A DNA stretch of 52,902 nt, taken from IMG/VR virus record IMGVR_UViG_3300021335_000025, positions 1-52,902 of that record, one strand, 5' to 3'. Origin of the DNA: a virus (taxonomy: Duplodnaviria > Caudoviricetes). Position 1 is the first letter of the stretch; the number at the start of each line of letters is the position of its first letter. The notes beneath the pieces are model-generated. The model worked only from the letters and a program-made list of their open reading frames with translations. It was not told where the DNA came from and did not search any database. Below, in pieces: positions 1 through 9,550 of the stretch. Position numbers and translations under genes: made by a program.

Positions 1-478
1 TGGTTCCTTGGATACCTTGAGTTCCTTGAGTTCCTCCACCAGTACCAACACCAGCAGCTCCTTGAATACCTTGAGTTCCTTGAGTTCCTCCACCAGTACC
101 AACACCAGCAGGTCCTTGAATACCTTGAACACCTATTCCGGTAGTTCCTTGGATACCTTGAACACCTATTCCGGTAGTTCCTTGGATACCTTGAACACCT
201 ACAGAACCTACAGAACCAGTAGTTCCTTGGATACCTTGGATACCTTGAATTCCTTGAGTTGCGGCACCAATACTGGTCCAACTGACTCCAGTTCCAGTTG
301 ATGTTAAAACATCTCCTACTGTACCCGCATATCCTAAATGATCAAGTAATTCTTTTTCTATAAATAACGAAGTCGAAGATTCTGTTTTTCCAAAAGAAAC
401 AATAACTTCTTCTGAAGATGGTGTAGTACTAAATCCAATGTATTGACCAAGTTTTGAAATTTCTCTATTAAATGTCAT
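1..478 (-). CDS. Collagen-like (Gly-X-Y) tail fibre protein, 5' part only (runs off window start)
   Basis: Not in ORF track. ATG at 478-476 overlaps the TGA of the upstream gene (ATGA). Reads MTFNREISKLGQYIGF...GDVLTSTGTGVSW...QGIQGIQGIQGTTG...TQGTQGIQG, open to the window edge. Confidence 0.85.
   Translation of the reverse strand, partial: MTFNREISKLGQYIGFSTTPSSEEVIVSFGKTESSTSLFIEKELLDHLGYAGTVGDVLTSTGTGVSWTSIGAATQGIQGIQGIQGTTGSVGSVGVQGIQGTTGIGVQGIQGTTGIGVQGIQGPAGVGTGGGTQGTQGIQGAAGVGTGGGTQGTQGIQGT
12..200. repeat. In-frame tandem repeats in the collagen region (54 bp x2, 33 bp x2.5)
   Basis: 54-bp unit at 12-65 and 66-119; 33-bp unit ataccttgaacacctattccggtagttccttgg at 120-152, 153-185 plus a partial copy. 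Confidence 0.85.
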
Positions 479-837
479 TGCTTAGCAGTCTCCAGAACAC
501 TGAGTAAAAGTTCAAGAACTCCATTCTCACTACCCTGAATTTTTAAAGAATCGTTTGTTTCTAATGCCAATCTGCCATCAGGAATCAGAACAGCACTATC
601 GTTTGGTGGAACATGGAAATTGTTTGCAAACTTATAATCTCCTGGATCAATAGTAGTATTTCTAGAATGAACTGCGCTAACAGTATGAACAACTTCTGAT
701 ACACCAGTACCAATATTGGTTACTTGTGCCAAAATAACAATTGATGCAACACCGATGGGGCAGGTATAGATGCCAACCATTTCTGTGGTGACACCTACCC
801 TAATTGTTCGGAATTTATTAAGAGCTACTGCTGCCAT
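475..837 (-). CDS. Conserved cyanophage tail-region protein (120 aa, beta-rich)
   Basis: Clean ORF tightly coupled to both neighbours; ends ...LELLLSVLETAKQ as in small structural-region proteins of T4-like cyanophages. Confidence 0.75.
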   Translation of the reverse strand: MAAVALNKFRTIRVGVTTEMVGIYTCPIGVASIVILAQVTNIGTGVSEVVHTVSAVHSRNTTIDPGDYKFANNFHVPPNDSAVLIPDGRLALETNDSLKIQGSENGVLELLLSVLETAKQ

Positions 838-839
838 TT

Positions 840-3800
840 TTACTTACCTAATGCGATAATGAGTGGAGTTACTGTATTTAACAAACTTTGATTAAATGCT
901 CTACCTGTAACAGTTCCAGTCAATTGATTAACTGTTACACCATCACCAATCTTGAAGTTACCTGCTTGGTCAGTACTTGTGTATACAATCTCACCACCAC
1001 CAATTTTAACAACTTCATTCTCTTGAATAACAACACCGCCCAGAGCTGGTTTTGCTCTATTAATGTCATTACCAGCACCAACCCATTCAAATGAGTGAGA
1101 AGATGCAATCTGAAGACTTAATCTAGAGAAGTAAACCGTAGTTCCAACACTAACTGTATTATTTAGATTTGTGTTTAATACAATAGTTGAAATACCTGCA
1201 TCTGGTTTTGTGGCACTCTCAATTGTATAATAAATCGGTGTCATAATTGAAGTTGCACTAGCACCAATACCTGGACCAGAGAAACTAATACTTGGTGCAG
1301 TTAAGTATTGTGTTCCAGTGCTAACTAGATCAACAGAAACAACTTTTCCATTTTCAACTGTAGCAATTCCTTCAGCAGTAATTCCATTTTCACCCGTAGG
1401 ATCATCAAATGTAACCACTGGTGGATTATCTTCGACATATCCACTACCACCTTCAGTAATTTCTACTCTTTGAACTGTTGAATAAAGTTCTCCGAAGTAA
1501 ATTGCCTGACCATCATAAGGTCTGTATGAACCAATTCCAGAAACAGTAATTTCTGCCTGCTCTGCACTAGGAAGATTTCCATCACTATTTAAAATTGTTT
1601 TGCCAGTATATCTATAAACTGATTTACTTGTATTATCACCAACACCAACTGATACGAGACCCAATCTTCCAAATGAAGAGTTAGAGTTTGTAATATCACA
1701 CTGTCCACCAGTTGCAGTATAAATTGCAGTGTCATTGCAGATAGTAAAAATGGAAACCAACTGACAGTATGCACCATTGGTGATTGAAACTCCAATACCA
1801 CCTTGATTGTATTGAGTATATGAGTCAACACTCATTGCACCAGTAACACCAATGTCATCTTTATCTCCAGGTTCTGCATTCACACCATCAACAAGCATTC
1901 CAATACTTTTTGGAATAAAGTTTGTGCAGTTTCTTACATATGGTCCCTGTGTGATTGGTCCAACACCCTTAGAATATGGTGGATAAATTACTCCACCATT
2001 ACTATAAGTGTGTGGAATTGTAGTCTTTCCAACTCTTACTGTAAATGTATCTGAACCATCAGCATCTCCACCAGTAATAGATTCAACTTTGAATATAAAT
2101 CCTTCATTTCCAGTTGGATATATTGTAGTCGTTCCAGCACCACTTGGACAAATAAATTCAAGATCTCTTAGTGTTACTAAATCACCAACCTTTACCCTAG
2201 CACCAGGTGCAGTAATTGTTGTAATACCCGTAGTTTCTTGATAAAATGCTGTTGAAACTCCAATTGATCTATCAACAATAAATCCACCACTAACATAAGT
2301 GTGCTCAAGAGTTGAAACTCCAACATTAATTGTAAATGATCCATCTGGATTGATTTTATCAACATTAAAATCATAACCAAATTTTCCTGATGGGAACTTT
2401 TGGGTTGAAGGTGCTCCTCCAGAAGAGCAAGAGAATAATAAATCTCTAATTTCAATTAAATCACCTTTTTTAACATTAAAACCTGGAGAAGTAATTGTTG
2501 CTATTCCAGTTAAATTATTATATTCGGCATCATCAACTAATGCTGTTGTATTAAATCCATATCCACCATTGCCTGGGTAAGTTGTACTGAATCCAGAGAA
2601 TGCTGCAAAACCATTTTGAACAATTGATGTTACAACTCCAATGCAAGAGTGAATTGCTGAAACTACATTTTGACAAGAAGCAACACTTTCATTGAATCCT
2701 GTTGCCGGATCAGGTTGAATTCCCAAATCTTTAATTTGACTGAATTTATTTTGGAAATTCTTAAGTTTTTGAATGGTTCCACCACTATTATAAATATGTG
2801 GAAGCGTTGATGCTACACCAATAAATGTAAATGTATTTAAACCAACTACGGATTGAACTTGATAAACAGTTCCAAAATCAGATTCTCTTGGGAATACAAC
2901 CGGAACAAGTGGATCATATGCACAAGTCCATGCTAATCCAACGATCTTTGTTGGATCATCTATTGACAAACCATGAGGTCCATCAGTTGTAATTGTAGTA
3001 ATTCCAGTTACATTATCATATTCTGCACTCAAAACATCAATTGGCAATTGTGATGAGTCTGCAGCAAATCCACCCCAAGTTACGTTATTGATAACAGATC
3101 TGGCAATTTTAAATGAGTGTTGAAGAGTTGCAACAGTTTGTGCTTGTTCTTCTGGATTTTTAAGAATGCCTGGCAATAAGACACCGTCTTCATCATAATA
3201 TGCTTTTCCTGAAGCAACTGATCTGGAATTTCCGCCTCTCGTTATATCAAAACAAACACCTTTCCAAATATCCTTAATATCATCCGCACAATCTTTGGAA
3301 TCTATATTTACTCCATAAATTGTGGTAATACCAGCAAGATTTGCATAATCACCAAGAATTGATGTTATAATTCCAGCGCGATTTACAATTTTTTCTCTTA
3401 CAGCGGTACATCCACCACCAACAATTATTGGTGTGTAGCTGAAATCTTGAGTTAATGTACTGTAAGTTGTGATTCCTGGTTGAGTGGAATAATTGACATT
3501 GTCAATAATGTATGTTGCAATTCCGACAGCATATTCAATTGCATCTATTGTTGCAAATTTTATGCTATTATTACTGGCATCAATTCCAGTTACGTGTAAA
3601 AGAGATCCTCCAGCATCATAATAAGAAAGTCCTGCTCCTATAGAATTCCTATTACTTCCTGATTTAAGATCTTTAGATAGTGTGCGAACAATATCTTTAA
3701 TATCATCTTTACAACTTCTTTTAATATAAGTCTCTAAAGTGTCATCTGGCAATAAATTATTTAAATCAACATTAACTCCTGTTGTAGTCAAAGCTGCTCC

Positions 3801-6314
3801 AGTTGAATTTCCTGCAAGATCCTTTCCAGTATAATCAGTATAAAGATACCCAATAGTTTCTTCTGCAATAAAATCTAGATTCAAATCTAAAGTTCTTGCT
3901 CCATCTTGTTCTCTATGATTTCCTGCAAAACCACTATATCCACTAGTCAAGAAACCAACTGCTTCTTGAGCAATATAATCTAAATTATATCTAATTAATC
4001 TCGCAGCATCAAAATACCTTCCAGTTGAAACACCCAGAAGACGCTCAAAAGAAACAATAGCAGCGCCATCAGTCATATCTGGACCAATGAAACTTAAATC
4101 TGTAATATGACATCCATTATTAACAAAGAATAAGTCCTGATTTGGATACTTTGGAGTTACAACACAATTTCTCAATTCTGTACCTTCAACGGAAACAGTT
4201 TTCTTGAGAAGAATTGGATTTTCTTCGACATAAACACCGGGATAAACTTTAATTGTATCACCAGTCAATGCGGCCGCTGCAGCTGCCTTAATTGTTCTCT
4301 TTGGATAATTTTCTGCTAAACCAGTATTATCATCATTACCAGTTTGTGCAACATAAATTGTTTTTCCAATTGGACGATATGCATCAATCTTAACAATACC
4401 TTTTCCTGGACCACTGGTTAAATCTTGAGTTCCAAAAACATCAACTCCAATTCCGGGAACAATTTGAGTTACGATCCCTACAAGAGTATCGCCATTTCCA
4501 AAGTAATCATTTTCTACTGTTAAAGAAGAACCTATCGTAATTCTATCTGTAGAAGCTGAAGAAACTGATGATCTTTGTGGCTCTATTGTTGCTTTGCCAC
4601 TTATATTATTTGTTTCTAATCTAATATTGCCAATATGTGCACTTGTAGAAACAGTTAGATTTGAATCAACAAAAGTAACTCCAATACCAAACTGTGAACC
4701 TAATGGATAATAAATTAATCCGCTTGAATCTATATCAACAAAAGTTTCCTTGTAAGTGCTTATGCCGCCAGTAATGTTTGTAAGATTTACTGCATAAAAT
4801 GTATTTGCAATAGATACTGGATTAATGAAAGTCCTATCTGCATTGGAACTAATTCCCAAAACATTAATATCATAAGTTCCAGTCAATGCAACACCAACTG
4901 TCGTAATGCCATTGCCACCTTGACCAAGAACAAACATGTTGTCTGTAAAGTCAATATAACTAGAAATGCCAGGACTTGCTCCTCTTTCACTAACAGTAAT
5001 TGTTGCACCATCAATTAGAATTAAATCATTATCAATAAGAGCATTTAATTCTAATTGATCACCGGCAGATGTTGGTGATGTTAAAGTTATTCCAATACCA
5101 TTATTAGCAATATAATCGACACCTTGAATTAACTTAACACCATTTAAGTAGACATCTAAGTACAATGCTTCGGGATTTGTTCCAATTCCAACTCCTGGAG
5201 GATCCCCTAAAGTACTTAAATCATATTGGAAAGCAAACTCAGTATCACCTAATCCAGTAGAAATTACTTCTCTATTTCTTAAAACACCAAAAGATTCCCA
5301 CTCTACACCTGCTGGACCTTTTGATTTTAAGTATTGACCAAAGTTACCATATGCTGGAGGATCTAAAGGAGTTCCATTACCAGAATCATATAGTTTTTGA
5401 ATGTAGATGGAATCTGTAACAGTTGCAATTCCAACATTCAACTCATTAATAAGTGCACTATTAATTGTACCAATTCCGATATCGATTTCACTTACATTTG
5501 CTTGAATATCGACATTAATGGTGTCAAATTGACCTTGATTGTATATAGCTGTAGATCCAGTTGCAACAGTAATTGTGCCAATAGCAACTTGAAGTTTATC
5601 AATCGTTCCTTGATCATAATCAAGACTAAATCCCCTAAGATCATCAATTACCGCAAAAGATCCTGGATTTGCAGTCGTAATTGCTAAATTATTGGTTACA
5701 ACGAATTGAGTAGCAAATCCAGTTGTTGCAACAAATCCTACAACATTAAAATTGGTTGCAAAACCAGCAGTAATACGTGCCGTTGATATGATACCTACAT
5801 CATAATTAAATTCTTTACCTCTCAAATCATCAATTACTGCATATGGTTTTACTGAACCAATTCCAACATCTTCACTAAGATCTAATTTTTCAGTTACTGT
5901 TAAAATACCAGACTTAACTAATGGTATTGATGCAATTCCAGGACCAGCATTGATTGATTTAACATTTAGTGTATCAATTCCTGCAATTGTTGAATTAAAA
6001 TTAGTTATTGTGCCAATATTATAATTTACCTTTTCACCAATCAGTGTTGTTAAATCTGCAAAATTGACATTAATCTCATCATCTGCAACGTCAAGATTTC
6101 CTTGAATAGTGACATTACCTCTGAAAAAAGCAACTGTTTGAGTTGAAACTCCTGTTGTTGCTGCAATTCCTGGCAAAGGAATTTCCCTAACATCCAAAAG
6201 ATATTCTGGAATATCTGTTCCTATGCCAATCTTGTTTGTTACTGGGTCAGCGTGTAACAGAATATCATTAACTTCAAGACCATTTTTAACGACGAAATTC
6301 TTATCGATGGCCAT
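840..6314 (-). CDS. Giant virion structural / tail fibre-like protein (1824 aa) with interrupted pectin-lyase-like beta-helix
   Basis: N-term KNFVVKNGL, IGIGT fibre motifs, beta-helix cap IYVAQTGNDDNTG...KRTIKAA, PYVRNCT, SHSFEWVGAG; late promoter upstream. Confidence 0.8.
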   Translation of the reverse strand: MAIDKNFVVKNGLEVNDILLHADPVTNKIGIGTDIPEYLLDVREIPLPGIAATTGVSTQTVAFFRGNVTIQGNLDVADDEINVNFADLTTLIGEKVNYNIGTITNFNSTIAGIDTLNVKSINAGPGIASIPLVKSGILTVTEKLDLSEDVGIGSVKPYAVIDDLRGKEFNYDVGIISTARITAGFATNFNVVGFVATTGFATQFVVTNNLAITTANPGSFAVIDDLRGFSLDYDQGTIDKLQVAIGTITVATGSTAIYNQGQFDTINVDIQANVSEIDIGIGTINSALINELNVGIATVTDSIYIQKLYDSGNGTPLDPPAYGNFGQYLKSKGPAGVEWESFGVLRNREVISTGLGDTEFAFQYDLSTLGDPPGVGIGTNPEALYLDVYLNGVKLIQGVDYIANNGIGITLTSPTSAGDQLELNALIDNDLILIDGATITVSERGASPGISSYIDFTDNMFVLGQGGNGITTVGVALTGTYDINVLGISSNADRTFINPVSIANTFYAVNLTNITGGISTYKETFVDIDSSGLIYYPLGSQFGIGVTFVDSNLTVSTSAHIGNIRLETNNISGKATIEPQRSSVSSASTDRITIGSSLTVENDYFGNGDTLVGIVTQIVPGIGVDVFGTQDLTSGPGKGIVKIDAYRPIGKTIYVAQTGNDDNTGLAENYPKRTIKAAAAAALTGDTIKVYPGVYVEENPILLKKTVSVEGTELRNCVVTPKYPNQDLFFVNNGCHITDLSFIGPDMTDGAAIVSFERLLGVSTGRYFDAARLIRYNLDYIAQEAVGFLTSGYSGFAGNHREQDGARTLDLNLDFIAEETIGYLYTDYTGKDLAGNSTGAALTTTGVNVDLNNLLPDDTLETYIKRSCKDDIKDIVRTLSKDLKSGSNRNSIGAGLSYYDAGGSLLHVTGIDASNNSIKFATIDAIEYAVGIATYIIDNVNYSTQPGITTYSTLTQDFSYTPIIVGGGCTAVREKIVNRAGIITSILGDYANLAGITTIYGVNIDSKDCADDIKDIWKGVCFDITRGGNSRSVASGKAYYDEDGVLLPGILKNPEEQAQTVATLQHSFKIARSVINNVTWGGFAADSSQLPIDVLSAEYDNVTGITTITTDGPHGLSIDDPTKIVGLAWTCAYDPLVPVVFPRESDFGTVYQVQSVVGLNTFTFIGVASTLPHIYNSGGTIQKLKNFQNKFSQIKDLGIQPDPATGFNESVASCQNVVSAIHSCIGVVTSIVQNGFAAFSGFSTTYPGNGGYGFNTTALVDDAEYNNLTGIATITSPGFNVKKGDLIEIRDLLFSCSSGGAPSTQKFPSGKFGYDFNVDKINPDGSFTINVGVSTLEHTYVSGGFIVDRSIGVSTAFYQETTGITTITAPGARVKVGDLVTLRDLEFICPSGAGTTTIYPTGNEGFIFKVESITGGDADGSDTFTVRVGKTTIPHTYSNGGVIYPPYSKGVGPITQGPYVRNCTNFIPKSIGMLVDGVNAEPGDKDDIGVTGAMSVDSYTQYNQGGIGVSITNGAYCQLVSIFTICNDTAIYTATGGQCDITNSNSSFGRLGLVSVGVGDNTSKSVYRYTGKTILNSDGNLPSAEQAEITVSGIGSYRPYDGQAIYFGELYSTVQRVEITEGGSGYVEDNPPVVTFDDPTGENGITAEGIATVENGKVVSVDLVSTGTQYLTAPSISFSGPGIGASATSIMTPIYYTIESATKPDAGISTIVLNTNLNNTVSVGTTVYFSRLSLQIASSHSFEWVGAGNDINRAKPALGGVVIQENEVVKIGGGEIVYTSTDQAGNFKIGDGVTVNQLTGTVTGRAFNQSLLNTVTPLIIALGK

Positions 6315-6352
6315 AGAAACTCCCTATCCCTAACATCAATCCTTATTATTTG

Positions 6353-6360
6353 TATTTATA
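6353..6360 (-). promoter_or_regulatory. T4-type late promoter TATAAATA
   Basis: Perfect TATAAATA on minus strand ~40 nt upstream of the 1824-aa gene; GGAG RBS before the ATG. Confidence 0.85.
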
Positions 6361-6383
6361 AAACTATCAAATAGGATTATTGA

Positions 6384-9300
6384 CTAAATCGTTATTGCAA
6401 TATTGCAACTATTATGTACCCTTCCTGTCTGAATTCCACCTGGTGGTATCAGTGAATTCTTACTTCTTACTGTCGCAGTTTTAGTAGAGTCACGAGCTCC
6501 AGTATCTCCGTTGATGATAGCATCTATAAGTTCTGTTATATTAGGAATTGGTGTTCCTGCCACCTGCGCCGATGCCATGGCCAACCCAAAAGATTGCAAA
6601 ATGTTTCTAAATTCTTCAAGAATTGGATTTCTATAATATCCTGCATCTGTATTTACGGTATCTGTAGATACTCTCCAAAATTCTTTATTATAAATTTGAA
6701 ATGCTGCATCTATTATGTCAGTCCAAGGGGCAGGGTTAGTACCACCGTCAAATGAGGGGATCACCGTCGGTGGATTGCCAGGTCTCGTAGCCCAATACTG
6801 TCCAAAAGATCCTGATACAGGTATTGGTTTTTCAAAAAGATAATTAGATGCACTACCACTACCCCAATCTACTGGGCTATCTGTTTTTCTATAACTAATC
6901 CTATTAGGATCAGTATCATCAGGGAATAATAATACGCCACTAACTGGAGAAACGCACACTTTTGCGATAACTGTAAAAGTTTTCGTTCCATTTCCATCAC
7001 TAAAAGTGATGGAACCAGTATTAGTTTGTCTCTGTCCAAAGGCATCTAGATAATTAGTATTATTTAAAATCTCCATCGAAATAGTCGTATTATTGGATAC
7101 AGGCTTATTACCATCGGCGTTATACCCTGCTCCACCAACATTGGTACGTGTATTTCCTTCATTAGGAGATACGGTTATATTAGCGGTAATACCAGAAGCT
7201 ATAATTTCTTCGGATTCAACTCTATCTGGACCTCCTATCAATAAAATATCCTCTTCAAGATCCGGAAAAGCATCCGGCGTAAAAGTGGCAGTTAAATCAT
7301 CAGTAACACTAACTGTTGCTGTATCTAGTATATATCTTTCAGTTCCATCTAATGGTAAAGAACCGTAGTTAAGTGCATCTGGATTTGCCCAAAATGATAA
7401 TGTAAATGTTACTTCCCCTGGTGGATTTGGAATAGGAACATTGGCAGGAAGTGTTACATTGTCAGTTCCATTATTTGGCAGCGGACTCAAAGTCCAACTA
7501 GCAGATCTAAATGGATTTGTGGGACGAAGATTTACACTATTCCAAGTAAGAGTTACATTAGTGTTTACTTCTCCAGTTGTTGGACTTGCAGTCAATGTTA
7601 ACTCTGTGTTAGCAGTATTACCCGAATTTGTAATAGACCAAGTATCAGATACTAAAGTATTGTCTGGAGTTGCTGGGTTATCAATCTGCGCATTACTTAT
7701 CGTGACACTTGCTGTTACTACATCCAAAAAATCTAGACCAGATCTAACAGTTATCTCAATTTGTTCTCCGGGTACAAGATTACTCAAAGTTTTAACTGGG
7801 GTAATTGCTGCTATTGGATTACCTCTTCCTGTAAAATTATAATTTGTTCCTATTCCAGTTGCACTTAAAGTTGCTCTCATCTCACAATCAATCTCGAATG
7901 AATCTGGAGTAATTATCTGTTTATAATCAACATTTCGAGTTGCTAAAGTTACGTCTGTAAATGAAGTTCCTCCACCATTATAATCGATAGTGATTGGGCA
8001 AGTTCTGGCAATTGTTGAAACATTCCAAGATGCCCCTATAATATCTGTAATTGTATCAAATCCTGTATTACCAGCACTATCTGGAGTTTCTATACCCTCA
8101 ACGGCAAAATTTATAAAATAAGTGCCCTCACCATTTCCACCTTGTGGATTTGGTGTTGTCATCCTTAGAGTTATTTCATCCCCATTTTGAACAAACAAGA
8201 ATGGTTCTGATGCTGTATATGATTTAACAATAACTCCACCTCTAGAAACTTGGAATCTTGGGTCTATTCCTGGAGAGGCACTAGTAATAAGTGCTGATCC
8301 ATTATCACCAGGATTCATTCCCGAAAGTGTAATAGGATCACTAAAAACATTAAATCCTCTATTCTGACCACTTTTTGCGATAAAGGTAAATATATCTGGA
8401 ATAGAATCTATTGGTGTTGGTCTTGTCGAAACACTAAATGTATCAAGGGTTGAATTGATATCTAGAATTAGATCATTTTTTGAACTATAACTTGTAGGGG
8501 CATCAATTCTAACTTCAATTGTATCATTCAGATATGCATAATTTGTATTTGATATAGGTCCTCCTATAACATTATTTTGAAAATAATTAGGGTTGCCAGG
8601 GTCAATAGGATCTAGGTATCTTAAACTTCCATCCGATTTTCTAATCTCGTATCCACCATTAAATGAAACTGCCCCAAAATTAATTGCAACTGGAACTGCA
8701 GTATCATCTATTGCTGGATTTGGTGGGTCGAGAAGTGGACCTGAATCAATACCAGTAACTGTAATTCTATTTGATGTATAAGCAATACCCAATTGATTTG
8801 CATCTATTATATCAATAAATGTAAATGGATCAACAGCATTATCAACATTTCTTGTTGTTATGCTCCAAGTTGTATTAAAAGTTCCAACAGTAATAGTATA
8901 AGTTTCCGTGGTATTAAAAGTTGGACTAGTTGTTGCTGAAATTTGTAGAGTATCATTATTTGCAATTGTTGTAATTCCAGTAAAACTAACTCCATTCTTT
9001 AAGTAGTCTGTTCCTAAAACTTGAACATTAAAGACAAATCCACTTTCCAATCCAGAAATTGTTACTATGTTACTTAAAGTATTAGGTACATCAAGATCTT
9101 GATCAACTAAATTTGTAAAAGAAAATGCATCTGGAGTATCATCAATAGCTCGTGTTCCAATAATCCAAGTTGCAGATCTTTTACCAATATCAATAGGAAT
9201 ACCATATAAAGTTGAAAAGCTATTAACGTTTATTCTAGGTATTTCAAATATAACTGAAATAGAATCATTATCTCTAACAAATACTTCCGGGTCAGAAGGT

Positions 9301-9539
9301 CCTGCAACAACTGGAGTGTTACCGTTTACTGAAACAGTAGTGTTTGGGTGATCTACAGTTATTCTAGCCTTGTAATTAATTCCGGCAACAGTTAATGATG
9401 CAGTAACAGTGTCTCCAGGATTTGCATCTGTCAAATTTTGTGCTGTTATATCTGCATCAAAAGCAACTGGCCAATCATCCAATGTTCCTCTAAAAGCGTA
9501 TTCGGAAGATCCCCCAGAAGAACCTAATAGTGGACTCAT
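6384..9539 (-). CDS. Virion structural protein with repeated beta-sandwich modules (1051 aa)
   Basis: Recurring DxxPDxFxFxx...SNxxTxxG modules (DDTPDAFSF, NAVDPFTF, DSIPDIFTF); GGAG RBS. Confidence 0.75.
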   Translation of the reverse strand: MSPLLGSSGGSSEYAFRGTLDDWPVAFDADITAQNLTDANPGDTVTASLTVAGINYKARITVDHPNTTVSVNGNTPVVAGPSDPEVFVRDNDSISVIFEIPRINVNSFSTLYGIPIDIGKRSATWIIGTRAIDDTPDAFSFTNLVDQDLDVPNTLSNIVTISGLESGFVFNVQVLGTDYLKNGVSFTGITTIANNDTLQISATTSPTFNTTETYTITVGTFNTTWSITTRNVDNAVDPFTFIDIIDANQLGIAYTSNRITVTGIDSGPLLDPPNPAIDDTAVPVAINFGAVSFNGGYEIRKSDGSLRYLDPIDPGNPNYFQNNVIGGPISNTNYAYLNDTIEVRIDAPTSYSSKNDLILDINSTLDTFSVSTRPTPIDSIPDIFTFIAKSGQNRGFNVFSDPITLSGMNPGDNGSALITSASPGIDPRFQVSRGGVIVKSYTASEPFLFVQNGDEITLRMTTPNPQGGNGEGTYFINFAVEGIETPDSAGNTGFDTITDIIGASWNVSTIARTCPITIDYNGGGTSFTDVTLATRNVDYKQIITPDSFEIDCEMRATLSATGIGTNYNFTGRGNPIAAITPVKTLSNLVPGEQIEITVRSGLDFLDVVTASVTISNAQIDNPATPDNTLVSDTWSITNSGNTANTELTLTASPTTGEVNTNVTLTWNSVNLRPTNPFRSASWTLSPLPNNGTDNVTLPANVPIPNPPGEVTFTLSFWANPDALNYGSLPLDGTERYILDTATVSVTDDLTATFTPDAFPDLEEDILLIGGPDRVESEEIIASGITANITVSPNEGNTRTNVGGAGYNADGNKPVSNNTTISMEILNNTNYLDAFGQRQTNTGSITFSDGNGTKTFTVIAKVCVSPVSGVLLFPDDTDPNRISYRKTDSPVDWGSGSASNYLFEKPIPVSGSFGQYWATRPGNPPTVIPSFDGGTNPAPWTDIIDAAFQIYNKEFWRVSTDTVNTDAGYYRNPILEEFRNILQSFGLAMASAQVAGTPIPNITELIDAIINGDTGARDSTKTATVRSKNSLIPPGGIQTGRVHNSCNIAITI

Positions 9540-9550
9540 TTATAATCTCC

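Noticed and set aside
8-301. Plus-strand 97-aa Ser/Thr-rich ORF
   Set aside because: Antisense shadow of the collagen-like gene.
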